This document shows positions 13,090 through 27,043 of a DNA stretch of 64,000 bases, in pieces (the stretch's first letter is position 1; each line of letters begins with the position of its first letter). A program made the position numbers and the translations under genes. The DNA is taken from the NCBI GenBank assembly GCA_030141605.1, contig JAQGDQ010002367.1, positions 310,001 through 374,000 of the forward strand. The letters run 5' to 3'. This DNA comes from Tubiluchus corallicola (lineage: Eukaryota; Animalia; Priapulida). The notes under the pieces were generated by a model. It saw only the letters and a program-made list of their open reading frames with translations, did no database searches and had not been told where the DNA came from.

Positions 13090-15547
13090 AAATAACCTTA
13101 CCTTAGGATATCTCAGGATTTTTTGGAAAAGTAAAAACTTCTAGCCAAATCTTGCACATTTGTCAGACATCAAATCCTCAACTGAGGCCTTATAATTGTA
13201 GACCAGATCTCTCGAAGCCCAATGCTTATCCAGCCTTATTATTATTTAATGTATTTATAATGGGTGCAGATACCACTTCATTTGTCAGACTAATCTAGGT
13301 GTTAAAGATCCTACTTGAAAAGCTGTGAAGACATACATATTTACTTGCTCTACTCTTATATAGCTTCAGATGATGTCCTCTTGTTGAACTTCTAGCAACC
13401 TCTGCACTCAGATGTTACTTGGGGCTAACAGCAGTGACATATTTTTGGCGCAGGATTTTATACATTTCTATCATATCTCCTCTAAGCCATCTGTAAGCCA
13501 GTGTAGGTAGTTTAGGTTACCTGAGTCTCTCTTCATATGGTAATCCTTTTAAGTCGGTCAAGGTTTTTGTAGCGTATCTCTGAACTTGTTCAATGCTATC
13601 AATTAAGCCAATCATAACAGGATGCCAAACCGAGCTAGAAAATTCAAGATGTGGCCCCATCAGCGCCTTGTATAACCAAACAAAGGTATCATGATCCATA
13701 TTGATAAAATTTCTCTGTATTATTCCCATCACTGCTTTGGCAGTACTGATTTTTTCTTAAACATGCCCCTTCAAAGTTAGCAGTCTGTCAAATGTTACTC
13801 GCACATCCTTTTGGATGTCACCCATGGAATCTGCTTGCAATCTCTCCCATAAATCAACTTATGCTCAGTAGCAGGATTGTCTTTTTACTACTTGTAATAT
13901 TTATAGCTTTACATTTCTCACATGCACAACATTTATAACACACCTCACTCACATCTCACATCATCATCTCATTCACATCTCTCTTTACTCACTTTCTCCC
14001 ATCTCTCTTTACAACACACATTTCTCAGTGTTGAAATTCAATAGAGAGTCTTGACTCCATTTTACCTTCCTGGTTGTTGAGATCCTCCTGGACAGCTTCC
14101 CTGTCTTCTTCTGATTGTATTACCCTGTACAGTTTAGTGTCATCTGCAAACATCAGTGTACTAGAGGCAATATTTGTTGGCAGCTCATTGATGGATATCA
14201 GAAAAATAGCACCGGGCCGAGGATACTTCCCTGTGGTAAACCACTATGCACTGGCTGCTAACTTGAACTACTTTCTTGAACCATTACTTTCTGTTTTCTC
14301 TATTTCTCTATTGATAAAGGGTAACAATTTCTTTATTGATACAGTAGGATTCGAGTTTTCGAAGAAGTCTGAAATGCGGAACTCGGTCAAAAGCCTTTTC
14401 AAAATCTATGTAAATAGTATCCACTTCATCCCCATTATCTAGTGCTTCAGCCCATTTCTCCACAGCCAAGAAAACAACTGTAAACTAGTAGAACACCCAG
14501 GCAAAAAACCATACTGGTTGTTACATATAAGTCTGTTATTTGGCAAATAGTCCAGTATGTGGTCTCAGACAAACATTTCCATCACTTTACAGACTACGCT
14601 AGTTAGTGATACCGATCGGTAGTTACTTGCCATCTTTCTATTACCTTTTTTATGTATAGCTGATACTCTTGCATTTTTCCATGCTTACAGAATTTGACCT
14701 TGCGTTAATGACAAATTAAATAGTTTTGCTAGTGGTCCTTTTATTTCATCAGCCATTTCTTGTAATAGACGTGGATGCATACCATCCAATCCCTCTGATT
14801 TGGTCATATTGAGTCCCTTCATTTTCTCAAATACCATTTCCTCAGTGATAACTAGATTTCCCATAGGTGTTTCAGGCGTCATTAGTTGCAAACTTGCGAT
14901 AGGTGTGGCAAGATCCTCTTGTACAAAGACACTACCAAAATATTCAGACAATGTTTTGTTTCTGATTTTTCCTCATTGCTAGTAGTTAAATCAGAGCTGT
15001 TATCATTTGGCATTTTGAAGAGTTCACCAATCCCTTCCTGGAGTTTATATTTAGACAATGCATTTCCACAGAGCCTTTGCATTATTTTTGGCATCATGTG
15101 CATTTTTTTTCATAATCTCTTCTCTGCTTCCCGATTTCGTGCTTTGTTATATTCTAATCTACTTTCATTAGAAAGAATTGCGCAATACCTTTTCCAGAGA
15201 CATCTTTTCTTCTGCAAAAGCTGCCTACATTGTACATTCAGAGGTGCTTTATGTTTATTTCCCATTAGCAGAAGATTTCCTGATAAAGTTTGTCTTAAGT
15301 GTATTCTTCTGAATTACAAAATTGTCCTATTAACCAATATCTCCATCTGATAAGTTCCAAAAAGCAGATTTAACTTCATCCCTAATGGCAGAAATGTCAG
15401 CTGTATTATAATTCCAATGCACCTGTGAGTTATGGGCCATTGCGATTTGACATATAAAGCGAAAGCACAGAATTGAATAGTCACTTAATCCCAACGGACC
15501 TATATACATTAGTTCCTCAACCACTGCAGCGGCAAATAAGGGAAGTT
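13090..15547 (-). mobile_element. Decayed CR1-clade LINE (end of endonuclease, RT, 3' end) in MVP intron 1
   Basis: Frameshifted ORF2 pieces: IGPLGLSDYSIL, KSEGLDGMHPRLLQEMADEIKGPL, NYRSVSLTSVVCKVME, LMFADDTKLYRVI, LYKALMGPHLEFSSSVWHP, LPYEERLR, RGDMIEMYKIL. Confidence 0.9.
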
Positions 15548-15920
15548 TCACTGAATAAGCATAAGCCTTCTGTGAGCTTTATTAACAGTATGATTAATGT
15601 GGCTTTGAAATTTAAGCATGTTGTCAACAATGATGCCCAAGTGTTTTTGCTCAGTGACATTTGTAGTTTCTACATGGCTTAGTCCTTGTGCTATAGCATA
15701 CTTGTGATCTGCAACATCTGGTCTTCCAATGGTTAATAAATCACACTTTTCAATATTAAAATTCATTTGCTATTGGTAACACCAATGATCTGCTCGATCA
15801 ATACAACGTCCTGTTTTGCAAGTGCTCATTGTCCTTAGGACAACAAGCTTTATCATATATTTTTGTGTCGTGTGCAAATAAGCTGTTACCACATGCAGGT
15901 AAAGACTTCTAACAAATCAC
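15548..15920 (-). mobile_element. Second CR1-like RT C-terminal fragment
   Basis: LFAHDTKIY, QMNFNIEKC, EQKHLGIIVDNMLKFQSHINHTVNKA. Confidence 0.8.
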
Positions 15921-16235
15921 TTATGTAGATCGTGAATTGCACAGAACACTGTCTTTTGATATACCACTGATGACATCTGCCCAACTTACTTGACGTCCAT
16001 TGACTATAACACATTGTTTCGTCCCACAGAGAAAATTCCCAATCCATTCAATTTCCAACTACACGTAAAGTAAAATTATAGTACCAGTTGATTAAATCTT
16101 TATTGCTTACCAACAAATCACTTGCAAACCGTAGTTAACAAGCAATGGAATAAAACAGTAACCACACCACGAAACAACTTAAACAAAAACTACAGAAACA
16201 CGATAACAACACAGTTGTAGGTTATTAAAACTCAC

Positions 16236-16330
16236 GTGTTTGCCGATAAAAATTGCTTGTAAAGTCCGGTATGCGCACGCAAAGTCAGAATCCCTCCATT
16301 ATGGCGTGGGTAGAGGCTGGTAGAGGATAG
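16236..16330 (-). promoter_or_regulatory. Candidate MVP non-coding first exon / promoter
   Basis: The MVP ATG exon starts at a splice acceptor, so a 5' UTR exon is needed. A minus-strand donor GTGAGT lies at 16235-16230, next to a CpG-richer patch with an NRF1-like TGCGCACGCA motif. Inference only. Confidence 0.45.
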
Positions 16331-17138
16331 AAGACGTTGTTTGGGGGATTAGACTACAGAAATTATGACAATGGCCACATGCAATTTTGATTTGATGAAA
16401 TAAAAGGTATCTAAAATCTTGGTTTAAAAATCTTGTTTCAAAGAAATTTCCCCTTGCGTGGTATTTATAATGCGCCATCGAGAAAAACCCTGAACCCACA
16501 TTAAAAATGATATTCAGTGACTCACGTTTAAGTATATAGACAACAAATCGGATTTTACATAAGATGGTGCAATATATATGCGCGCAGACGCTTATTAAAT
16601 TGTAATAGCCGCTCAGTTGCAGTACTACAAGCCATTACATCAAAATAGATCATTGTTATTATTTGTATCGTAGTAATACATATTAAAACACGTTAGGTAG
16701 TTTCTTTAATTATTGAATTTCTTTAAGAACGTACAGTTTCTATATTAAAATACATTATTAAAAATTAGCACTGACCATAAACATATTTACAAGTAGAGAA
16801 CTAATTGGCCGGTAAATAATTTAAAACACATTAGTATTAAAAATGCAGGTTTTCAATGTAAAATTAATTGTATTGCCATGAAACCACTGCGCGAATCATT
16901 ACAATTGATTCTGATTGATCACCTTGCATATAATTACGAATAACTATATATTTGACTGGTTTTTTTAGTTAACTTACAATTACTAAATCCTACTTATATC
17001 CTAAGTTCTACACATTCCTCCAAAAGTCGGAGTGCCCGTGATAATAAAGATTTACAATATACTTAATTGAAGATTCTTTGCTTATTATTATACACTTAAA
17101 ATTAATGGTTAACATTGTCAACTCACTACAATTCGTTA

Positions 17139-17487
17139 TAGGTAGCTTGTTGTGGGGTCAATAATACCGAATTTTAGAATTTAGAAATTGAATCGAATTC
17201 GAACTAAGTAGTAAAGATTTTCGAACTGCCAGTAAAAAGGCAGTGTTACACAAATCATGCATATTACCCGATTTTGTTCTGTAGTAAAACCACTAATAAT
17301 TCGTTTAAAGATTAAGCACAGAAATCGCAACTAACTTGTGCTAATTCATGATATTTCAAATGTTTTAATGATAAAGAACATATGTGGTTGAAGTGCTGAA
17401 TCATTCGAATCTATAATTTTTGGTTCGAATCGAATTCGACTTAAAAAACTCATTCGAATCGAATTCAAACCTTCGATGCACACACCT
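17139..17487. mobile_element. hAT-like MITE remnant with CGAAT subterminal repeats
   Basis: Clusters of GAATCGAATTCGA at both ends; right terminus TGCACACACCTA. Confidence 0.5.
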
Positions 17488-18249
17488 AACTATTATTACT
17501 AATGAAAAAAGCCATATATTGTAGGGGTGAGGTTCGAGAAAACAAATAACATTTTGCTGTCGTCACAACATCAACTAAAAAACTAAAAAATTGTATTATA
17601 AGAATTTCTTGTGATTTTTTAAAGTCTGTTTTTAGTTTCCACCATAATAAAACTGCGCAATGGCTGTTTGAAACATTATTTTTTCTCCTTTTCCTGGTTA
17701 TCTTTAATTTTGGGATATTTAAATTTGTTATTACTGCTAATGTTGTTATTACAGCTAACGTCATAAGAATTAATTATTTTTGTGTTATCACTCAGTCACT
17801 GAATTATACTTATCAGATTCTGATCATTGTGTATTTCTATCCATGACGCGGTTCCTCAATGGTCGCAATAGAAATTGCAATGCCAAACAAAAGATTACTC
17901 AGATTGGCTAGGATGAGCGTGTCAACGTTTCGAAAAGCGTTTTGTACGTATCAAAAAATATTCCTGATGTTAAACGAATGGCAATATAATTACCTTCTTA
18001 TGTTTCTTAAGAGGGCTTAAAAGTACGGAAGCCTGCACTTTCGCATTTCTTTAAAGCTGGGATTTTGGGCTAGGTTTTTTATCGTAGATCGTCTAGGCGA
18101 AGCCTATGCGTAGGCTTTTTGCCCATAGTTGTTTCTCTGTTAAACCTCTGTAAATTGTTTTATCACACGTTTTCTCTCTAGCATTTTACATTTATATTTT
18201 CTCTCTAAAGTTGTCTCTCAAGTGGACGTGCTGTCTAGCGGCAGTTGTC

Positions 18250-20580
18250 ATGGTATGGTGAGGCAGCAATGTCAGTGGTGGTATGGCACACAGGTCAGAT
18301 ATGTTGGTTTATGATAAACGGAATGGTGTTGCAGAAGACTTGGATTTTAAAACCGTTTAGAATCCACTCAGGCTTGAACAGATTGTGGAACCTCATTGGA
18401 TGGTCTTCCAAAATCAATAGATGTCTAGTTTCTTCTTATATTGATCTGCTGATGTGGTGCTCCATATCAATGAGGGAATTCTAATCATTTATCACTCTGT
18501 AAATGAATCTGTTCTTGTTTCTACATCTGGGCTTTGTAATCTTGTATCCTGCTCCACATGGATTAACTAAAAAATATTTTCTGCTATCAATTCTTGTAAG
18601 GTTGTTGTATATATGCAGCATGATTTGGTCACCTCTTTTTCTTCTGCAACATATGGATGCCAAATTCAGTCTCTGCATTCTCTGTACATGTGTTAGATCT
18701 TTGATTGATGGTACTAATTTGGTGACCTTGTGTTGAATAGATTCTACCTTATGTACTGCTTGAAGTTTGGATGGACATCAAATTACATCACAGTGGTCTA
18801 ATGTTGGTCTTACGAATGTTTTATATAAAATGGCTGCCATATCAATGTCCATATAGGTGAAACAGCACCTTATCATCCATAATCGTTTCCTAGCTCGTTT
18901 GGACATTTCGTCCATGTATTCATCAAATGTAAGAGACTTGTCAAATTAAAACACTCAAGTTTCTGTTTTGTTACTGCTATTATTGGAACTGACTGATTTG
19001 CATCATTGCGTAGCCAGGAGTTACCTTGTCTTTCCCTAGATGTAGAACCTTACACTTTTCCACGTTGAAAGGCATTTGCCAAGTTTGTAACCGTGGAGGT
19101 CATTTTGGAATCTATGGTAGTCAATATTTGACTTCAGTATCCTGTAGATTTTGGTATCATCAGCAAGCATTTTCAGTGATAAATTTAAATTGTCTGATAC
19201 ATCGTTGATTAACATAAGGAATGGTATAGGCCCTAATACACTTCCCTGTGGCACTAGGCTCCTAACGGGTCTCCATGAAGGTTTCTCAGAGTTTATTCTA
19301 ATGCATTGTGAGCGGTCTTTAAGAAAGTCTTCTGTCCAGTGGTAGAGATTGCCAGTGATGCCATGGGTGGCAAGTTTTAACTTTCTGTGTGGAACTTTCT
19401 GCAAATCGTAAAATATTACGTCAACAGAAAATCCTTTGTCCAGAGCTTCTTGCCAGTCATTTAAAGACTCAAGTAGGTTTAAAATGTAGGAAATTCCTTT
19501 TATGAATCCATATTGAGAGGGTAATATGGCTCATTGATACCTAGATGGTCATAAATAGTATTTCTAATTACTTAAGAAATTTACATATAATTGATGTAAA
19601 TTTACATTTACATTTACATATAAGCTTATCGGTCTATAGTTAATTTTTAGTTCACTCTTTCTTAAAAATTGGAGACTCAGTTGAATTCTTCCATACTTGT
19701 GGTAATTTGCTCTCACTAATTGACTTTCTTTTAAAAATAATACTAATAGTGTTGTTAAATTTGCTACTAATTGTTTTTTTTTGCAAATGGGTAAATACCA
19801 TCTTGTGCCATGGAGGAATCAGCTTTGAGATCAATTATGGCTTTGGATACATTCTCTTCAGTAATGCAAACAGTGTTGATCAGTGTGTTCGTACGGGTGA
19901 CTGGTACAGCAGCTCGATCATCTTCTTCCATGAAAACACTAAAGAAATGTTCGTTAAGTAGTTCAGCTGTGCATGCATCATCAACAACTTCCTCTCCATT
20001 TTCCTTTAATGTAGGGACCTTGTCACGTTTCTTTAAATTGTTGTTGACATACTCCCAGAAGCATTTGGGATGCGATTTTATTGACATTGCTAATCGTTTT
20101 TCGTAATTTTTTGCTTTTCTTATAGTTTGAGTGGTAGTATTTCTTTATCGAGCGTACAAGTTGAAACTAGTAAGATCTCACCTAGCACAGTATAATCTCC
20201 ATTTAGCACGTTTGGATTTTACAGCTTGAAGAGCTTCTTTTGTCATCTAGGCTGGTTTGAGTTTACCGGTTTTACTCGACATAGTTACAGGTGTAAACTG
20301 GTTCATTGTTTCCATAAATTGGTAAAAAAAGTTGTTGTTGTTAGATTAGGCTTATATGTTATTGCTTCCTCCTAGTTTGATTGCAAGAATATGTTATTCA
20401 ATTAGCCGTAGTTTGCTTTAAAAAAATTCTTTCCAGAAAAATGAGCTTGAGTGTTTGTACTACATCTGTACATGTGTCAAAATTTAAGATGTTATGGTCA
20501 GCTTTTCCAAGTGGTTTGTTAACATTTACATCACAAACAAGTTCTGGATCATTTGTAAAAATTAAAGAGGGAATATCATG
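18250..20580 (-). mobile_element. Decayed CR1-clade LINE between MVP and GPN1
   Basis: KSHPKCFWEYVN, AELLNEHFFSVF, KVPHRKL, VPQGSVLGPIPFLMLIND, MLADDTKIYR, RRKRGDQI; many stops and frameshifts. Confidence 0.9.
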
Positions 20581-23500
20581 AAAATCAAGTTAAGCTTATT
20601 TTATAGTTGCCCGTGAACAACTTGGTGAATTTTTTTAGCAGTACGTTGTCTAATTAATGAGTAATTAACTTTTTTGTATCTTGCGGGAAATACTATGGAG
20701 CTGCACTTACGCCTCTCTCGGTGAAAAAAATTGAACTAGCGCAGCTCTGCTGATAACGTAGTAGAGTGTACCCGTGATACTGTCGTATGCAACTGGGCTA
20801 AAAATAAAGCTGTTATTACTACATTACAGCATTTGACCTTGCGTCGGATAGGTAGCCAGCTCATAGAAACGATTGTCGTTGTGCTCAGTCACATTTTCAT
20901 CAAATTCTGCAAAAGCTATATTCTAATAAATGTGTAAACAATCATTGCGCAAAGTAGACTGGCCTACAGCATATTGTGAAAATTCTTGTGGCATTATTGA
21001 AAATATTGTCAGCAGTACAAGCTGCAGAAGTGTGGGCCTTGGTAACAAAAGTTCTTTTCTTGTAAAACAAGTCCGATAAAGTAACTTCATTCTGCTAGAA
21101 GAATTAATGAATTTGTAAACACTGAAGCATAATTATAATGCTAGTATGACAATTTTTAGTTACAGCTTCATTTTATCAGCCTTGACAAAAAATATGTGAA
21201 CCCCATGGACACAGAGACTATAACATACTAGCTGTAGAATTATTGATTAATATGAATTATATGAACATTTTTAACTTTGTCGTGTTTCAATCAGTTGAAT
21301 CAGTGAGACTGTTAATATCAACCAGAACTTTAACTGCTGTTCATTAGTTTTTGGTTTTGCATGATAACAGCATGTTGCATGTTGTGTTTATTTTTACACA
21401 GCAGTATTATTTAAATATTGGAATTAAATAAAATTCTTGTGGTCAGTTGGACTGAAATAAAATTAATGATAATAATACATTTATTATTAACGTATTATTG
21501 TCCACATTTACAAAATAAAAAACTTACAATATGATGTGGTTCGATGACAAAATAATTATTTATTTTGTTATCTCAAGCAAGGTTATTCTGACACTTATTC
21601 TATTACAAAGCTGAAAAAAGTATATGTAGTACAAAATAATATAGTACAACACTCTTTGTGGTACACATATTGCCAAATATACTGAAGTCATTGTTTATGG
21701 TGTAAGGATCAACGATTTACAGTTGTCAGTTTACGATTTACAATGTCTTTTTCTTTAGTTAATATTCAAAATTCAGGAAGAAGAAGCATAATAAATAAAA
21801 GTTTAGTGCAAAAAATTGCATTACGTAAAGTAATTGTGATATTTTGATTGAAATGGATACAAATCTGGGATGACTAAACTGCATTGATAAACTATGCACT
21901 AGGGCTTAAAATGAAACAAATTAAAAAAGACAGTATCAAAAACTGCATCTGACTAAATCTGTCCGAAGTGTAAGCACAATATTTTTAACACTAGAGTTCA
22001 TCATGTTCTAAACTCATGTTTCAAAGCAAACAGCTGAGAAATTATCACACAGTTTGTAAGAGTGAATCCAGCTTTTTTGGATTGTTTCAATAATTTTCTG
22101 TTGCTCATTGGAAACTAAAAGTTTCTATAATTTGGCTTCTTATCCCGACACTTTCCGTCTGGCTGCTGCATCCCGTCTAACAATGACGATGACCAAAACC
22201 GAGCAAATCACGCATTTAATCCACAATAAGCTAATCTTTACGTCACTTGGTATAAACTGTGTAAAAGTACTGTATGCTGACACTGCTTGTCGATGCAAAC
22301 AAATACTCAAACAAGTGTTGTGTACAGTCGTTCTCCCCTTGGAACTTTTGCCAAGTTTCATCTGTAATACGGCAATTTTCATCACCAGAGGCGGGTGCGC
22401 AGGTCCATATTCAATGGTGGCCTAGTCAAATGTTCGTCTTGTGTAAAACTTTATCTGAACTTTTTCCAAGGATTCTTAAACATGAAATTTTCGTGAAGAA
22501 TGGTACGTATTTCTACTCGCAATATAATCGCGAGTTATTCAAGCTCAACTTAATTTTGGTGATATTCCCCCTTTAAATCCAGGTAGCTGGGATTTTGGTC
22601 CATGTAACGAATTGTAATTGTTATTGGTATAGTAGATTTTTGCATACAGTACCCATGGACTGAGCCTCTAAGAGTGTGTCATTCCGGTCGTGCTTAGTCA
22701 TTTTGCTCCAGTGCATAGCAGTGAGTCGTATCATATTAAAGTCTCCTACAATAATTAGTTTGGTGTTCTTATAGTGTGACTTGGCATCAAACAGGTTTAA
22801 AAGTAATTGATTGTTGTCTGCAGACGAGGACGAGCCTATAAATGCACCCTATAATATATTTATTAGATCTAGAAGAAAGTAATATGGTCGCAACTTTAAG
22901 GTGATTTTACTAAATATTTTTTGCAGAAAGATTAAGCCTTTCGGGAAGTTAGGCTTATTTCAATGTTCATGAAAAAAGTTAGAAGCATTTAGTAATAAAA
23001 GTGTGATAAGTACCTTGTGTATTTTGTAAAATCAACTTAAAGTCGCGATCATTTCACGCTTCGGCTCTCCCATTTTGAACGCTCATTCTTTTACGGATGA
23101 TGTCGTTCATCGGCTGAAGAAAACCAATGCACTGTCAATTTCTGTGCAAAATATAGTAAGTATTTACACAAAATTAGACAACTAATTTTATGATAGTTTT
23201 GCATGAATCGTAGGTAAGCTCACTAAGCTGCAAAAGTTTGAATAGCAGCGTACACTTATGGAAAACTGCGACGCGCTTGCGAAAAGTCATGAAGTCCTCC
23301 AGATACAGCACAGTTTTTAAGTGAGTGGCGGCAGCCACCATTATATTTTTCTAAGTTTATTTCTTCATAATATTTTTCTAAGTTTAAGCAATAATACTAA
23401 AATAAACCAAACATGCTAAGAAATTTGTCCTTTTTTTAATTTTATGGTACATACGATCTCTATTATTATCGATTGTCTAGACCCTGCCGATTGCCTGCAC

Positions 23501-24826
23501 TCTTGCTGATTATCCGTTACTAATTTTATCTTTTTTGACACTAACGCTATAAAGGACGAAATTTGGACTGTCTTGATAATAAATTACATTTGCAATTACA
23601 AATTGATCACGGTGAGATGAGGTGACCTAGCAGATATTGTAAGGTATCTGCAATATAAGCAGAACATCAGTGATTCAAATTCAGGCTGCATTCTCATTTC
23701 TTCGCATTTTCTGCTTTCAAATTTGATGCAAAATTTAATTGATTGTAGACTTGTCCATTAATAATAATAATAATCTTGATATTAAGATTATAATAATTGA
23801 TAAGAGGCAAGATCATTATTTAAGTGTGTATTTACAGCAGTAGGTTGTGCAATTTTCAACACCTTAACTATTATTCATATTAAATTTCTACAAAGACTTA
23901 CAAAAATTTTACAATTCAGAGGGTCACAAATACATTTAATGCAATTGCTCTGTAGAGTGTGATATCCTGCTTGCCCGTCTTAGTATTAAAATTTAATATA
24001 TAACTAACTAAATTTCTTAATTATGTCTGCTAAACTTATGAAACTGATTGAAATTTAAACTTGTTTTGTCCTTGTTATTCACAATAACAGACCAGCAGTT
24101 AATTTCATTCTAAGTGGTATATTGCAGGCTCATCATTACCAGCTTGCTCTATGTTGAACTGATTTCTTCCATTATGCTGCCACTGGGCTATGTGGACATA
24201 TTTAGTTTAAAGGAAGACAAGATGATTTTTCATATACTACCCCATTTTCAAATCTGATAAAAATATACATTTTAACAATTTATTCTGCAAAAGCATTTCT
24301 GGTAATTAAATAATTGATTAAAAGCTTAATTAAAGTGGGCTAGCCCAACTATTGATGATACCACGAACTAACATAATTTTTAACTGCAAAATTATTCCAC
24401 GAGCATGTGCACGTGTTTGCGAAAACAGTGCTACTGTAAAATATTCAGTGTGTTGTACTAAAACTAGGCAAGTTTTAAGATAAGAATTCAAATTTCAAGT
24501 TTATCGCTGTGCTCACTCATGAGATGTCGAACGTGTGTAGTTAGTCCAAACTAACACATCTGAACTGAGAGGTACAGCACATTTTTTCTGCAATGTGTTT
24601 CCGAAATGCAGGAGCTAGTGCCCGTCTAACTAGCAAATGACGAAATGTAACAGGGAGGAACTAGTTGTGTTTGTGTGGTAATAATTCTTTCACGTAAGTC
24701 ATTTTTGAACATGTTTCCTTTCAATCTTTTAAAGAGTAGATTGTTTTAACCTACAGTTTAAGATTTGGTCTGGTTTGTTTTGCTTTAATGACAACATGTT
24801 TGTTAGTTGTAGCAAATACCCTTTCA

Positions 24827-25051
24827 CAGGGGTGGCTCTACCACTAGGCAAATAGCCATTTGGCCTAGGGCACCAAATTTTGTGGACAAAGGGCAAATTC
24901 TGGAAGTAATTCTTTAATTTTTAAGTTTAGTATAAGTAATAGCACAGTGTCTGTGTCAATTCACTATTTTGTGTGTAGAGAGAACCGCGGGGGGAAAGGA
25001 TTGACCTTTGAGGAGGGGGCGTTAAAATACTTTTACCCGGAGCCAGTCCTG
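24827..25051. mobile_element. hAT MITE
   Basis: TIRs CAGGGGTGGCTC / GAGCCAGTCCTG; 8-bp TSD CCCTTTCA / CCCTTTCG; GCCTAGGGC motif. Confidence 0.75.
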
Positions 25052-25320
25052 CCCTTTCGTTAAGAAATTGCCGCATATGGGATGACCTTAGTTAATGCTC
25101 CAAATTTTCTCATATTTTGCAAGCTATTGCAAAAGTGTAATTTTTACCGTATTATTTTTGTCAGTCTTATGTGATTCACCTAAAGTAAAGTGTTGGAGGT
25201 TTTGGATTCTCTTCTATTCTGTTATTTTTTTGGATCTGTGTATTTGCATTTTTTATTTTTAGATTATGTGCCTTTGTGTTTTAGTTCTGGATAACTTTTG
25301 GTTGACATCTAAGTGCCTTA

Positions 25321-25491
25321 AGTGGCGTTTAATTAACTTGTGGATGTGGATGCGTTTTCCAACCTGCAAAATAACCAACAGAAAAAAATCAATAGGAAAT
25401 AGCTGCAGAAAACGAATATTTAACGCATCAGCAGGCTGCATAAACGATGCATTGAAACGCGTCTGCATCCGCAAGTTACATAAATGCCACT
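25321..25491. mobile_element. Palindromic MITE, Harbinger-like (TTA TSD)
   Basis: About 40-bp inverted arms AGTGGCGTTTAATTAACTTGTGGATG / CATCCGCAAGTTACATAAATGCCACT, flanked by TTA on both sides. Confidence 0.65.
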
Positions 25492-25863
25492 TTAGGCTAT
25501 CGATTTGCATTTTTTCTAAAAATTTTGATTTTTATAAACGTAAGAAAACAAATGTAACATAAAACAAATATTTATATATTTATGAAATGCCATTTGGTGA
25601 AACAGACTTTAAAATTTGCTATCAAATTCAGATTATTTTATTCCTAAAATTTTTAAGCACTTGATCAAAGGATGAAAGAGGTTGGGATTATAATGTGTAC
25701 CTAAGCATTGAATAGCAGACAAAAATTTCTTTCTGCCGAACAGCATTGTGTTCATTAATGCACCACTTTACAGAAGTCTTACGATCTTCTTGCCAAATTT
25801 TCGCAATAGATTTCAATTTTCATGCAAGATTTTTTCAATTTTAAGGTATTTAAGAGTCACGTC

Positions 25864-26025
25864 ATGAATGCTGATGTGGATGAAGCGGCTGGAGGTGGAA
25901 TCGATAAAGTGGGAGCTGCAGCTGTCCCAGTTGATGCTGATAAACAGCAGCATGACTATAGCTCTGTGCCAGTGTGCATTGTCATACTAGGAATGGCAGG
26001 ATCTGGCAAATCAACTTTTATTCAG
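25864..26025 (+). CDS. GPN1: GPN1 coding exon 1
   Basis: MNADVDE...[18 protein letters not shown]; donor GTAAGC; acceptor AG at 25844-25845. Confidence 0.9.
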
Positions 26026-27012
26026 GTAAGCATAACAAAATTCTACAAAGTTTTCTGGTAACACATAAGATATATACATGCAAGTGTTGTATATTTAGTT
26101 GTTTTTTTCACATATAACTTGTTTTGTGCTGTGAGCACTGACTTAAATTGCCCTAATACTAATACTGGTTTTATTATATGTGCCCAGTCAGTTTCTACTC
26201 CTTGTAATCTATTATCTATTATGTTGATAGGGCCTTTTTGTTGGTGTTATTTTGTGATATACTTGTATATTATGTTTTGTTAGCATATGACATTCAAGTA
26301 TATATAGGCAATGTGTAAAATTTAGACATTTTGTAAAATTCCTAGTCATTTCATATAACAGCTCTTCATTTCTGGAAAAGTGTGGAGATCTGTTTGAATT
26401 TCACACTTTGCCTAGATGTTTTATATAAAAGCTAGGATTTATATAAAATGTGTTTATTGACTGTGGCAATGTAAAAACATGAACATAATTTATGTTGAAT
26501 CAAACTTTTCCTAGCAATTTTATACATTACCTAGAGACCTCGTATGGAATAGATAATATGATTTAGCTGCTAAGCTAAGCAAGCAGTTCAAGTGAGTTAA
26601 TTGTTTTGTTGGCAATGTGGTCTAACGTCATCATTTCTAACATGCTGCTGTGCCAGGTGGATCACTTTCCATATCTGGGAAGCCTGGGACTAGATTCATT
26701 AATTTCTTACATACAACTTTTTCGTAATATTGAGTGCGTAAGAAAATTGTTAAAGCTACCCACGGAACCAGTTTTCGTAAAAACCTTCTTAAGTTTGATA
26801 GATTGTAATTTTACGCACGGCTTAGAGCTTGTGTAAATACAAATTCTGCCTGCCTGCACAGCTTAAATACTATGACTGGTATTGTCAGAACAATTTTTTT
26901 CAATAAATTAAAATTAGAAATGAAAGTGATTTACAAATTGTAACCTTGCACAGCAGACCATAAAGCTTGCATATCTCTCTTTCCCTCCCTCCCTCTTTCC
27001 CTCCCTCCCTCC

Positions 27013-27043
<31 letters not shown>

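Noticed and set aside
22108-22576. Overlapping short ORFs between the CR1 and GPN1
   Set aside because: No coherent protein motif or exon chain; probably repeat-derived or chance.
16236-25864. Shared bidirectional promoter for MVP and GPN1
   Set aside because: The genes are divergent, but the likely start sites are about 7 kb apart and separated by a LINE and MITEs; no evidence of functional linkage.
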